Source: Yuukianura sp. NJ FZ-2021 (taxonomy: Eukaryota). From it: DNA of 64,000 nucleotides. The stretch is taken from the NCBI GenBank assembly GCA_046563655.1, contig CM102286.1, positions 11,842,001 through 11,906,000 on the forward strand, in the 5' to 3' direction. The notes beneath the pieces are model-generated. The model did not search any database. It was not told the origin of the DNA and worked only from the letters and a program-made list of their open reading frames with translations. The position numbers were made by a program, and so were the translations under genes. This document shows, piece after piece, positions 35,156 to 48,000 of this stretch (its first letter is position 1; every line of letters begins with the position of its first letter).

Positions 35156-35693
35156 TGTTGACGAGTTTCTCGAATGCAGGAATCGTTGATGTGTGTCTTC
35201 AAATAATGGTTACCACTCCAAGTAATGTTCAATGTTTTAGATTCTAGATTTTACAATTAACAGTTGTTATTAACAGTTAATGAACTACATAAGTAAAGTT
35301 GTATCGATCGACTGCTGTATGTACATACTAATTTAAAAAAAAACAACAAATCTCGAGAGAAGGGGTCAGGCGAAAAGTCGGATATGTCAGAAAACCCAGC
35401 GTATTTATTAGGTCGCTCAATGAGTTCCCACTTTAACACCTCTAACCGCCTCATGAATAAAATTCATATGTGGACACACTCGTCTCACTGCATCCCAAAA
35501 TGGCTTTAAATTGTAATAGTATACCTATATTATATTTCCTATTAATATTATACTATTATTGCCATTTTTATTAATTTTAGATACAGTGTACAAAAGTATG
35601 CAAATTTTCATGCTTAAAACTTTTTTTAAATGATGCGATGCGACGCTGATGCGAATAACTGCAGCGAGCGAGGCAGTAAAAAGAAACGTTAGA

Positions 35694-36164
35694 ATGAATA
35701 ATAATCTCGTACTGATAAGCACAGCTGTTGTTCTTGTTATTGTTTTCATACTGTAATTTCTTTAATTAAGATTTAACATTCAATAATAAAAAGTCCGGGG
35801 TTAATTAAGTTTTGAGTATACATAAGCAAAAACTGAGATTCTTTAGTTCGGTGTCTATAGCTGGATGGAAGAGTAATCCAGAACCGAGTGGCAATTCCAT
35901 CATATGGTAAATAATTTTCATTCAATTCAATTCAATTACTAAAACCTTCGTTATGTTCGTCTGCTTCATCGTAATGTTTTAGTCGTATTGTTACTTATCG
36001 GCCCTACCCGAGTCATAACACTGAAAAAGTCAAGTAAGCGTTATCAGTGGGATAATTCGGTTAATAGTGACTCAGTGACTAATTGGGAATGATTACAATT
36101 CTGCAGGTCTTCGACGATTATGAATATGATGAAAGCCACCGGTTACCTCAAGCTGCCAGTATGA
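35694..36164 (+). CDS. Candidate 75-aa micropeptide with N-terminal hydrophobic helix, 4 exons, upstream of SLC35B2
   Basis: Exons 35694-35752, 35847-35906, 35983-36033, 36107-36164 joined by GT-AG introns give MNNNLVLISTAVVLVIVFILSVSIAGWKSNPEPSGNSIICRIVTYRPYPSHNTEKVKSSTIMNMMKATGYLKLPV*. No family recognised. Confidence 0.5.
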
Positions 36165-36358
36165 CTGAGAGAAGCGTTGCTGCTTTTAGGTCGAACGAAA
36201 AACAGACCTTACAAAAACACAACGTAATGTTTCGACTCAATATTTTCAAATCAAAAGCCCGATTGTTGTGAACTAGTAATTGACATCGCTAATTTTTTTT
36301 TGACAGAATTGTATAAACTCGTAAGCCTTCCAAGTTTACACCCTGATCAGCAAGAAAT

Positions 36359-38134
36359 ATGAAGTTTCTACGCCACGATATCGCAATATGGTTAGGAACG
36401 CATGCGAGCATCTCCAAGGTCTAATTTTTGTTTCAACATTTTGTTTAATTTACTTTCGCAGCGTTTTTCTGGCTTTTACAACGATTCTGTTTTACGCTAC
36501 CTCTTCTGCGTTCCAAAACATTGGACTTGATAGCAGCAACTCAACTTGGCTGTACCGTCTTATAGGAAATATGTTTGGATACGCAACAGTATTAATTCCT
36601 GGATATATTTGTATCAAGTACATTAGGCGTGTTAATTATTCCGGAGGATTTCGTAAGTTAATAAGCTTGATGATAGGTTGTCCTTTATGAATGTTCTTTT
36701 ATGAATGATGATCCGCTTTTTTTTTTGTAGAGAAGGGATGCTTATGGCCACTAATTCGGGACTGTGTTTATGGAGACGAATCAGAGTTGAGTTTGATACC
36801 TGATGGAAAATCAGAGAAGGCATCGAATCAAGTAGTTCCTACGTTTGGAAAATCGGCTGTTCTACTTTTCTACTGTTTCTCGGGTTTACAAGTTAGCTAC
36901 TTAACTTGGGGTCTTCTACAAGAGAAAATTATAACGCAGAAATACGATGGAAAGACGTTCCATGATTCCCAGTTTTTAGTATTCATCAACCGAATAATTG
37001 GCCTCCTAATAGCAACATCCTACATTTCATTCTTTGAGCAAAATCATGGACGGACTGCTAAAGCTCCTCTCTACAAGTATTCGTTTTGCGCTTTCTCCAA
37101 CATCATGTCTTCCTGGTTTCAGTATGAAGCGCTGAAGTTTGTTAGCTTCCCTACTCAGGTAGCCTACTTTTTTTTAGATCACAAAAATGGATTTCATCAA
37201 ACTTTTTTTTAGGTGTTGGCGAAGGCATCCAAAATCATTCCGGTGATGCTAATGGGAAAATTAATTTCGAAAAAGTCGTACCACTTTTACGAGTACATAA
37301 CGGTAATGTCGTGTTAAATACGAAAACTGCTTATTTTCGCCAATTTTGTCACATTTTGAAACTTTAACTTTTTGTTTTCATGCTGTTAGGCTGTCCTCAT
37401 ATCAGTAGGGATGGTATTATTTCTTGCTGGAAGTGAAGATTATATCAAAACGACTGACAGGGTTGAATCATCTGCAGCTTCCATTGGACTCTCCGGTTTG
37501 CTGATTTTAATACTTTATATGGTCTTTGATTCCTTCACGTCCAATTGGCAAAGTGAACTATTTCGGGTCTATGGAATCTCTTCATGTCGAATGATGGCTG
37601 GCGTGAATCTCTTTTCATTACTGCTTACTGGCGTATCGCTCGTTCAACAAGGATCATTGATAGCAAACTTGGAATTTCTATTGGCGGTAAGCGTTTTATT
37701 CTAAATTGTTTTGGTTTACCAGTTTAAGGTTAAGCGAGAGGTCAACTAATATTTTTGTGCTTTCAGCATCGGGATTTTGCTGTGGATTGTTTTATTTTAT
37801 CCGTCTGCTCGGCAATTGGGCAGCTATTTATCTATTACACGATTGAGAAGTTCGGGCCAGTTGTCTTCGTTATTATCATGAGTATTCGGCAGGTACGAAT
37901 TTTTCAAAACGTTTTTACTTTACTATAATTTTTTCATTGTTATTTCGAAAAAAAATGTTCTTTTAGGCTTTTGCAATTTTGCTGTCATGTATTTTCTTCA
38001 ACCATCCAATCACGTCTGTCGGAATTCTCGGTGTTTTTGTTATATTCTTCAGCCTGTTTCTTCGGATTTACTGTTCGTATCGCATGAAACAAGTGAGAAC
38101 TGGCAGTCAAACGTCTTCGGTTATCAAATTATGA
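36359..38134 (+). CDS. SLC35B2: Adenosine 3'-phospho 5'-phosphosulfate transporter 1 (slalom)
   Basis: [101 protein letters not shown]; about 7 coding exons. Confidence 0.93.
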
Positions 38135-38357
38135 GAACTCAAAAAGCACTAATCCACTAATCTCCAGCACATCATCAGCTTTCTCTTTAGTATACATTAG
38201 TAACTTCTATTTTCCTACTAGTCAAAACTCGATCTGAAAATTATGACAATCTCTGTAGAGCGCTTTTGAAAAACCATTGTACACGTAGTTTATTTCGTTT
38301 TATAAGGAACACGTACAAGAATTAAGTTTAGGCAAATACTAAATTGTTAATTAAGTT

Positions 38358-38765
38358 CTACAGTACTGATCCTTTGTTGAATCCAATTCCTAGAAGGATG
38401 CAGTAAAGAAACTGGAGACCATGGAAAACGAATGTGATTGATGAGAGGATGAGTTCCAGGTTGAGGAGATATGTTTGCCAGACGAGGACATAAACTGTTC
38501 CAAGCGTCGCTGGAATTGTTAGGAACAGGCAAGAGATGACTGGAATTTGAGTTTCAGTTAGATTGCCATATTTTCCAAGATAGAGTCGAAGGAGTTCCAG
38601 GACAAAGGTTGCGATGAAGATCAAGAGGTCACAGACGAAGTAGGAGGTGGGGTAGAAGAGAGCGTTGGATTTGAACACAAAGAAGCACGTTCCAGCCACA
38701 TTGTACAGTATAAGATAGTACCAGTGAAAGTGCAGGAGGATCTGGAAGATCAGCGACGAATGCAT
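38358..38765 (-). CDS. TMEM216: Ciliary transition-zone protein of the TMEM216/TMEM17 family (a 5' exon may lie further upstream)
   Basis: Four hydrophobic segments; SSLIFQILL, YPT, LELLRLYLGKYGNL, QTYLLNLE motifs; splice acceptor just before the ATG. Confidence 0.8.
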   Translation of the reverse strand: MHSSLIFQILLHFHWYYLILYNVAGTCFFVFKSNALFYPTSYFVCDLLIFIATFVLELLRLYLGKYGNLTETQIPVISCLFLTIPATLGTVYVLVWQTYLLNLELILSSITFVFHGLQFLYCILLGIGFNKGSVL

Positions 38766-38877
38766 CTTTGTTCCTAAGAAACAAAAAGTTCAATCAAAAT
38801 CTCACGATTTGACCCGGTCATCTAGCAAAGTATTTTTTTTTAAATATTTACTCAAAACTGTGATTTAACATTGTAAT

Positions 38878-39643
38878 TAGGGGTTGCAAAGTCGACTTTG
38901 AGAGTCGAGTCGAAGTCGATTTCTTGACCATTTTTTGAAAAGTCGAAAGTCGACTTTACGACCTACGAAAGTCGACTTTGACTTAAAAAATAAGGTAATT
39001 TGAGCCTTGGAAAGCGCAATCTAACTTAATTTCTAAGCTTTGTAAATCCTTTAAAAAAATTGTCAACTTCCTTTTGGCGGATTTGCGGGATTCGGATTTG
39101 AAAATTTTGAATCCGGAATTGACTATATTTTAGGGCATTTTTACTTTTTTAGGGCCCAATAAAGTTTTTAATAACTAGTCAACTTTGTTCACAGTATAGG
39201 GGAAATCTAAAAACCTGATTAATACATTAACCAGTTAATGTGTATTTTTTTCAGAAAAAAAAAAGATTTGAACAGAATTTTTTTTTAAAGTTTTCGTGTA
39301 ATAGTTGTTTGAAGTTAAAGTAACTACACAAAAAATGTTGAACAGAATTAACCCAATGAATCAACATTTCCTTACGTTTCGGTGTGTAAAGCCAACTTTT
39401 TCCTTACTAAAAAAAAATTTATTCTGGGCGTTTGCCATGCACTTATCAGAAACCGGTTTTGGTCGGCAAATCTCCGAAATCCGGATTTTTGAAAATGGTA
39501 CGGTTTTGAGACCCCTAAAGGGATGCTACATTTAGTTTTCTATTGAAGATTCAAAGTCGACTCCAAAGTCGACTCTAGAGTCGAAACTCAATTTCCAGAG
39601 TCGAAAGTCGACTTTGAGAATTCGTTCGACTTTGCAACCCCTA
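38878..39643. mobile_element. hAT-type MITE with GTCGAC subterminal repeats
   Basis: TIRs TAGGGGTTGCAAAGTCGA / TCGACTTTGCAACCCCTA; 8-bp TSD ATTGTAAT at 38870-38877 and 39644-39651; repeated AAAGTCGACTT. Confidence 0.92.
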
Positions 39644-40329
39644 ATTGTAATTATTCATTTTTTTTAATATAATTTCATCCAGATAACTGCAAAAGACGTT
39701 CATTTTGTGAAGATCAACCGAGAAATTTTCTACCCTCTTCACTTTCGGAGCTAAAATTTTTCTCACCCCCTGCAACATTTACCCCCGTTTTATTTCTGCC
39801 TCTGGCCTGTTTCTGACAACAAAGGGAGGGTGAGGCACCTAGACCAGTATAATATTTTTCATAGCAGCACCTAACCAACTTATGTACAAAGTTCTTATAA
39901 GTGTCATTTTATTGCATTCCAGAAGATACTTGTTATAAGGACAATTTGGATCTGCTCATTATTGAATAGCAACACCTAAACATTCTGTATGTTCCTACTT
40001 TTAGATGCGTGAGTCATCTGCCAATTTGGAATAGCTCAACGGTAAAAACGCCAGGCAGAAAAACTTTTTTGGCAAACCATATCATTGCAAAATTTACCTC
40101 GGGTTGTCGGAGTTTAGTTCCGCTGAGAACGGGGGCAGTGGTTGTCTAAGATTCCCGAAAGAAGAGATCCACTTCTGTCACTCCAGGTTGGTTCGAAAAC
40201 TTGAGCTGAAAACACTTATTCTGAGTGGGATTATTTTAATTACAAAGTTAGTTAATCACGAACTTTGGTTTTTGGATTTTCAGGAGCTATACACGATCGG
40301 GAAAGAGAAGATAGACGTTCAGTTTCAGA

Positions 40330-42021
40330 ATGAGGAACGAGCTTATTTTATTGATCATCTTCATGTGTTGTTCATTCGGTAAGCGACTGGTTGCCATTGG
40401 CAACATTTTTACGACATTCTATTCCAGGGTTAGTTTTTTCTAAAGATTTTGTAATGTTGTTTGTCAATGGTGCTTTTTTTTTGCTCCAGGACTGGCTCAA
40501 AGGACACCAACAATTTCTCTAATTTCTCAAGTGCAGATTAAGGACATCGGTGGAACAGTGGAACTGGAATGCTCTGTACAGTATGCAACTGACTATCCAG
40601 TCATTTGGATCAAATCTGATACAGAACACGGTCAAAATCCACTGCTCATTTCTTCCGGAAGTACACTGATTCTGCGTGACAGCAGATTCAGCTTACGGTT
40701 CGACCCATCATCAACCCTCTACACGCTTCAGATTAAGGATTTGCAAGAAACGGACGCTGGATCGTATCAATGCCAAATCTTGATTGGAGTCAACAACCGT
40801 GTTACAGCCAACGTCGATGTCCTAGTGCGCATGCCTCCGGTCATTTCAGATAATTCTACCAGGTCACTTGTTGTATCTGAAGGTCAAACGGTAACACTGG
40901 AGTGTTATGCTTCTGGATTCCCAATACCGAAAATTTCATGGCGAAGAGAGAACAATGCAATTTTGCCAACCGGGGGTGCCATTTACCGCGGCAACACGCT
41001 CAAAATTCAACATGTCCGGTAAGAAACTTTGAAAAAAAAAATGAATAAGATATCAGAGAAGGAGTTTTTTTTCAAAATTTTAAATTTTTAGAAAGGAGGA
41101 TCGTGGAACTTATTACTGTGTGGCAGAAAATACAGTAGGAAGAGGCGCACGACGAAATATTGCAATTGAAATTGAATTTGCTCCAGTAATTACAGCACCG
41201 CGTCCAAGGGTGGGACAAGCTCTTCAGTATGACATGGATTTGGAGGTAGCTTTAACAATTATGTTAAATGTAAAATATATTATTACGTGTAATATTTTAT
41301 TGGTATTAATAATATCAATATATAGCTTTTGCTAAAATTTTTTTGTTTTCATTCCAGTGTCACATTGTTGCGTATCCGCCACCAATAATTTCATGGATCA
41401 AAGACGGAGTTTATTTGTCTAATAATCAACATTACAAGTGAGTTAACGGAGTAAATAATTCTTCATTGTTTATATATAAAAAAAACTGAAGTCATTCAAC
41501 CGTTTCCTAGAATTTCGCACTTTGCAACTGCCGATGAATTTACAGACACCACTTTGCGTGTCATCACAATTGAGAAAAAACAATACGGCTTCTACACTTG
41601 CAAGGCTGAAAATAAATTTGGCGAAACGGAAGCCCGAGTTGAACTGATTGGTAAGATTTGTTGGAATTCATTTGTGTAGTGCTGGGTTTTAAATTTTTGC
41701 ATTTCGGAATTCGTGTTTTTGTTTTCGAGGAATGAAGAGCATCAAATATCTTGGTTTTTGAATTGCAAAAATGCATGTTTACGCGTGCTATCTTTCCAAT
41801 AATTTTATTTACAGAATTATTCATTTTAGAAAAAAATGTGTAGTGTTGCAACATTTGAGCTATACTTTTTTAAACTAATGTTCAACATAACCAATGTTTC
41901 TTTAGAATCGTATCTCCCAACATGTCCTCCAGCTTGCGGACATACGTACTACAGTGATGCTGCATCCGTTGTTGAAGCCTTTAGTATGATTGTGGCTGCA
42001 GTATTTTTTACTCTTCTCTAG
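40330..42021 (+). CDS. Lac: Lachesin, GPI-anchored 3-Ig cell adhesion protein
   Basis: Signal peptide, then QRTPTIS...QIKDIGGTVELECSVQYA, PPVISDNSTRS, ISWRRENNAILPTGG, EFAPVITAPRPRVGQALQYDMDLECH, SHFATADEFTDTTLRVITIEKKQYG; hydrophobic C-terminus. Exons about 40330-40378, 40490-41018, 41092-41245, 41358-41437, 41511-41650, 41907-42021. Confidence 0.95.
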
Positions 42022-45000
42022 TTTGGTTTGTTACAAATTTTCTGTTTCAAAAGTTGCATGTCAAGAGTGAAGCTTTAAACTGCAACTTGAATTATTTGTA
42101 TTACAGAAACTCCATACGCCAATACGAACTACCCCGTGTTACTGCTACTGCCTTCCGGAGCCTCGTTTTGCTTATTTCACAGTTTCGAAAGATCGTTACT
42201 GTTATGGTTTTTAATAATTCCCAGTGTTGTGAAAACTTTTATCACAAAAACATGACAACAATGTACATATTTATGTCAAGCATCAATCCATGATTAGTTG
42301 AAACCAAATTCTGGACAACATTTTTAATTGCGCTTCCAATTTTTGGAATTTTTTTTAAGTGTTTACTGCTAGATATCTTGTTCAAAGATTTCTCTTTTTT
42401 TTTTGCCAGTTTTTGTTAAATTGCAGAAAAATTCATACAACAAATGTTCATATTTTTACTTGGTTAATTTCGAATGAATTTTAGTTTTACAAACATTTGT
42501 TCATGACATTAAGCGTTGCAGCTTTAAAATACTACGTGCACTCTAAGTTTACAAGACTGTATTTTGTACTTATCTGAATAAAAAAATTTAAATCAAATAC
42601 CTGACCTAACAACTGAATTTTTTTCTGTTCCTGTCCTGATGATGTATTTGAAAACCCAAGCTGCATCTTGTCCATGACGACGTTCTTAAGAGCTTTATTC
42701 TTGTCCCTCACAATAGTACATTCGATAGGATCTAAATTGGAATTTTAGGTAGAGGGATTGATTGTGTGGATAAACATAGGGAATTGTTCTAATTCTAGAT
42801 TCTTCAACTGATAGATCAAAGTCACAAGATGAATCGATTAACTTGTCACTCTTGTCACGATTCCTCTCAAAGATAGGTTTTGGATGACAGATCCTAAGAT
42901 TGTTACTTTACAAAATCCGTCAACCTAAAAATCAAAGATATAGAATTACACTCAACTTGACAAAAAAAAAGTTATTTTTAAGCTTAAGGTGTCTTTGGAC
43001 TAATTTGAAGAATTCCAAAACCTAAAACCTGCGACTCATTTTTTCAAAACCATTTTAATAAAAGTTTTAAAGATTTCTTGAGGTGGATCAGCACTGAAAT
43101 GTCAAATCTGTAGAAGGTGTAACTCGAAGTGATACAATTTCTAAAGAAAGTGTGTCCAACACGATGTAAGTTACGGATGGGTTCATTACAGTTCCTTGTC
43201 TGTTTCATCGCGTCGTGCTTGTTTCGTTTTTTTCTTCGCTTTTTTGAAAAAGAGAACAAGAAAAATTATCGGATGATTTTGGGTGGCCGGATAAACTAAC
43301 TTTTGACACGAACCAATTTTTACGTGTCAAACTTTGGTGACATTTCAAGCGTTGATCTTTTTAGGGCAATTTTTCACTTTTCACTTTTCAATTCTTTTTT
43401 TTCAAAATGTTGAAAATATTACTATTATTATTTTTATGAATAGACATTTATCACTGGAGAAAGTTGTGGAATCAAGGTGTTAAAAGAAGCAATGGGAGAC
43501 TTTCATTGAATTTCTTGAAAAGGAAAGAAGGAATGCGGGATTGAAAGAAACGAAGTGCGCTGCATGGAGCTTCCAGGGGAGGATGCTGCCTTTGTAAGGT
43601 CGGTGCGTCCTTTGGAGGGAAGTTCAAAATTGGAATGTGCAGAGGTCAGAGGTCAACCCCCACCTTGGCCAGGTGAATGTCCTGCTGGTCCAGAGGCCAT
43701 AAATCCCCACTTCGTAATATGCATATCATCACTCCCACAATCAAATAAAATACAAAGAAGTACATTTATTATTTTCACAGCTCCACGCTCTTAACTAATC
43801 TTCTCCACCAGGGATCACGGGCGGCTTCGTCTTTGAAAGGATAGCAAAATCTCCTTGTACGAATAAGTATGCTGAGTCGTATCTTAATACACCATTGTAA
43901 AACCAAACACAACACTTTAATTATTTTCAAAAATTTAAACCAATTCAAAAATTTTTGTTTGCATTTTTGATGCATTTGTATAAACTTTCACCAAAAAAAC
44001 AACGAAAAATTTTAGCTCTGAATGTATTGGGTAAAATCAATGATTTAAAATTTCAAGAAAAAGCACCACATTAACAAAAACGGGGTAAAATTTTTGTCTA
44101 TTGAAAAGTTTTAATTTTTGAAAAAAAAACTTGAATTTGCAAAATTTGAGCAGCGTACCGCCGCAAAATGCCAAAACGAAAGTGAAATTAATGCGAAGTC
44201 AAGAATATTGTAAAAGTCAAAATACAAATACAAAAAGCTTTCGAAGCGAAGCGGAGCGGCATTTTTTAAAAGTTATGGCACTAACTCTAAACCAATGCTA
44301 CGGCAGTCAGTTTGGCTCAGAGACGATTTGACGTTAGCCAGGATTTGAGCATGCGTTATGTTAAGCAGAACTTGGCAGATTGACATAACACAACTTAATA
44401 TGACTTCCATCTTCAGAAGCTCCACAACCCGCGCGGTTTCTTTTAAATTATGAGACTCAGAAATGATTTACACTGGACATGTTCCTCGGCTCACCAAGTT
44501 TAAAAACAAGGATTTGAAAAGGCTTTTCCCTTAATTCAGGGAAAACTTAAAGCTTATACTAAAAACCGCATCTTTTTAAACTTCTGTTTGTGTATACTGT
44601 GGGGAGATGAGCGGCTTTCACTTCTTTTATGAATTTGAGAGAACACTTTTTAGAAACAAAAAAGAGCAAATAAACAACATGTCAGTTTTTGGTTGCTGAA
44701 GATGAAGACGTGACGCTTTAGACTTTTGAATGTTCCCTCCTTCTCCATTCCGTTCCGCAAAGGTTTGGATGAGGTCAAAAGGAGCCCGGGAGTTGATCTG
44801 AAGATTGAATCGAGAGTAATCCATTACAATCTGTAATAGAAATGGACCGTTGCAATTTGAAATGAAAGTTGTGTGTATCTGACGTTGGAATCAGAGTCAG
44901 AGGAAGGTTGAACAAAGGGGAATAAACGCGGAGAGTATGACATCAATATACGCATTACTACTGACATGTCAGCCACACAATAAAAAACGAAGAATGATAA

Positions 45001-48000
45001 TACTTTGTATTGTGTTCACTTTAGCCTCAGCGTCAACTGTTGCGGCAACTTGTAAAGGGTTAAGGAAAATACTCAAGACAAGGCCTAAATACCCAGAATC
45101 TCCTCAATCTTTCAACTATTTTCTTCCACGACAAAATTTTACGGAACTTACGGAACCGCTTTTTCGAATTTCCAATGTTCACAGAAAACGGAATCACACG
45201 TAATTAATTTTTGATCGACTCTCAACAGAAACATTTTTTAAAAACTTTTCAGCAACTTTTTTTTTAAAATTATTTTCTTAACCTAACCTATAGTAACTTC
45301 AAAGGCGCTACTTTAACTTTACATGAATTTTTGCTTATTTGAATGAAATATTACATTGGAGACAAAAGGAAGATGCCTCGCGCATGTTTATGTTGACGTG
45401 TGAGTTACGTAATGTTTTTGAAGAAAAAAAATCATTACTGCATTTCATAAAAACTAATTTGCTTTTGAGATTATTGAATTAAATTTTGAGAATAGTTTTT
45501 TTAAATTAGTAGCTTATACGTATAGAAAGTTCCGTTTAAAAGCGACCAAGAATCAATTTGAAGATCAAAAATAGTGATAGATGGAGTAGTAGTTTTTGAA
45601 AGCAGGAAAACTTTGTGGAACAAAAGAAGTCAAAATGCGAGGGAATGCTGCTGACGTCCTCTCCGTTAAGTTTTTAACCCTTCTACTTACAATTTGTGAT
45701 GGCTGGTAGGATCCGAATTCCAAGAATTCCGATGAGATCCGACTTTAAAGAATGACAGAAGTACACCGCAGGTATTGGTTCCCTCCTGGTTGAGGAGCAA
45801 AGGAGCAGCGTCCTTTTATGTGAAATTAATTCAATTTGTACATGATCAACGGAGAGCCTCTTAAGTGGAGATCAGTGGATGAAGATAACTTTCGGTGGTT
45901 CATCTTCAAAGAATTTTAAAAGCATCTCATCATCTTGCGTACAACAAGATAAAAACCTCAGAGGTGTTTTTAAACAGTTTTCGTACGAGCTCCCCTCATC
46001 CCTCCTTCACTTTCACTTAAAAACATTCAAAATTCAATTAACTGAAACACTTTGACTTTGGCTACTTGAAAAAATATGTCATAAAAAATTGCAATTTTCA
46101 AATTGTAACTTTCAAAAAACTACAACATAGTACACAATATTTCTAAAGCACTGTACGCTCATTTTCAAAAACAATCAAGAAAAACCTGCGCATCTGAAAA
46201 TTTTTGAAGTCAATGCATTGCAACAATTTAAAAAAAATGTTCATCTGAAAGTTTTTTACGTAAAATTTTAGGTTGTTTCAAATTTTTTTCATTAAATATT
46301 TGAAGATATTTTCTTTTGATTTGATTCCAAAGTGAAGTGGGATTTAAGTAAGAAGATGAAGTTGCTTTTTCTATTGTTTGGAATCAAATGTATCAGTCAA
46401 GCCCTCATCTCCGCCAGACTCCGCCCCCTTTTGTGTTATGTATTAGAATGTTATAATTCATAGGTTGAAGATCTTGAATCCTTTAATCGTAGGAGATGCC
46501 GACATGTAAGAAACCTGGAAGTGATGTTCCAACTGCCAAGTAATTACATGTCAATTATTCCCTCGCACTAACTAAATAACTCAATTACATTTACAAGCTT
46601 TACTTATTTCTTCTTCATTTTCAATATAATAACTTATTAACACATTTCTTACAATTTTCTGACTACTGGAATTGGCTTTAGAATTTTTTAAAAATAAGTC
46701 TAATGAAGGCTTCAATTTTGTTTGAATAAGAAGGGGGTGAATTAATTTCTATTCAACAAGCGTCGGTTCATTTGATAAGTTACTCCCACACCCTCCAGAA
46801 AACGGGAGCTGGATTTCAATTTCTGAGTTATTAACGTACACTTGAAGTCAACTATTAATAACACTCAAAGAAACTGTTTTTCCGTTCGTGTTCTTTTGAA
46901 ATTGGTGGTTTAATTATATATATTTTAGGTTAGGTTATGCAACAAGATTCCCTCTCCTGTCCAATCTTTCTTAATTTACAACCTAAGTCCTTTGGTATAA
47001 ATTCATGCCGACTGAATAAAAAAAACTCAAGTACGACTGTACAATGTGTCTACGCACATCATGCACTTCCTGTAAAGTGACGGGTAGCCATTAAAAAGCG
47101 TCCAAAATGAAGTCGGTTCAAAAACAAGTCCGGGATAACACAAATGTCAAAAATAAAACAAACTAAAATAAAAAAAAAATAATCAAAATATTGAAATTTT
47201 TCAAAATTTTCAATTCTACTCCGGCTAACATATTCTTTCATTTCCAATAAAATGAAGCATTATGAAAGTAGTTTTCAAGCCGTTGAATTTTGGTGTATTC
47301 CACATAATCAGCAGAGCAGCAGCAAATAATATGTATTTTTGATTTCGGTTTACATCAGAAGTACGATTGAAATATGAAATGTGTTTTGAAAAAAAAAAAA
47401 TTTTGAAACATTGTGACCTCGCATCGATGCTGACATGTCATGGACAGAAATTTTGATTTGGTGAGTCTTGACACTTCAGACAGAGACACAAGACTTGAAG
47501 TTCTGCTTTGTTCTTACAAGACGTGATTATTACTGTCATCAATTGGTTTTGTACGGTACGACTTTGATTTGAATTGGACAAGTCATGTTACGTTACATTG
47601 TAATTAGAGGAGTGAGAGACTTAAGATGTATTATTTATTTATGGAAAGACGCTCTCTCTCCTTACAATAATTGTATAATGTACGGAGTCTATTATTAAGA
47701 CGGTGGAGATGAATATGACATGCGCAGAGAGGGATCAATAAGTACTTGGAAGTAATAGCCCTTGTTAAAATGGGTGACAGTGCACTTAAGGGCTATTTCC
47801 AAACTTACACAAAGGGATTCACCAGAATCAAAAGAAAGCAAGAATTATGATTACACGGAGGAAGGCGGAAGAAGATGAGGCGGGATCATTGGACGGAGTC
47901 AAAGATTTTTACTCTTGTGTTTCATGAAAAAATTCGATTGCACGAAAGAAGAAGAAAATACTGAATTTCGAATCGCTAACTTTTCTCGCCATCAAAAATT

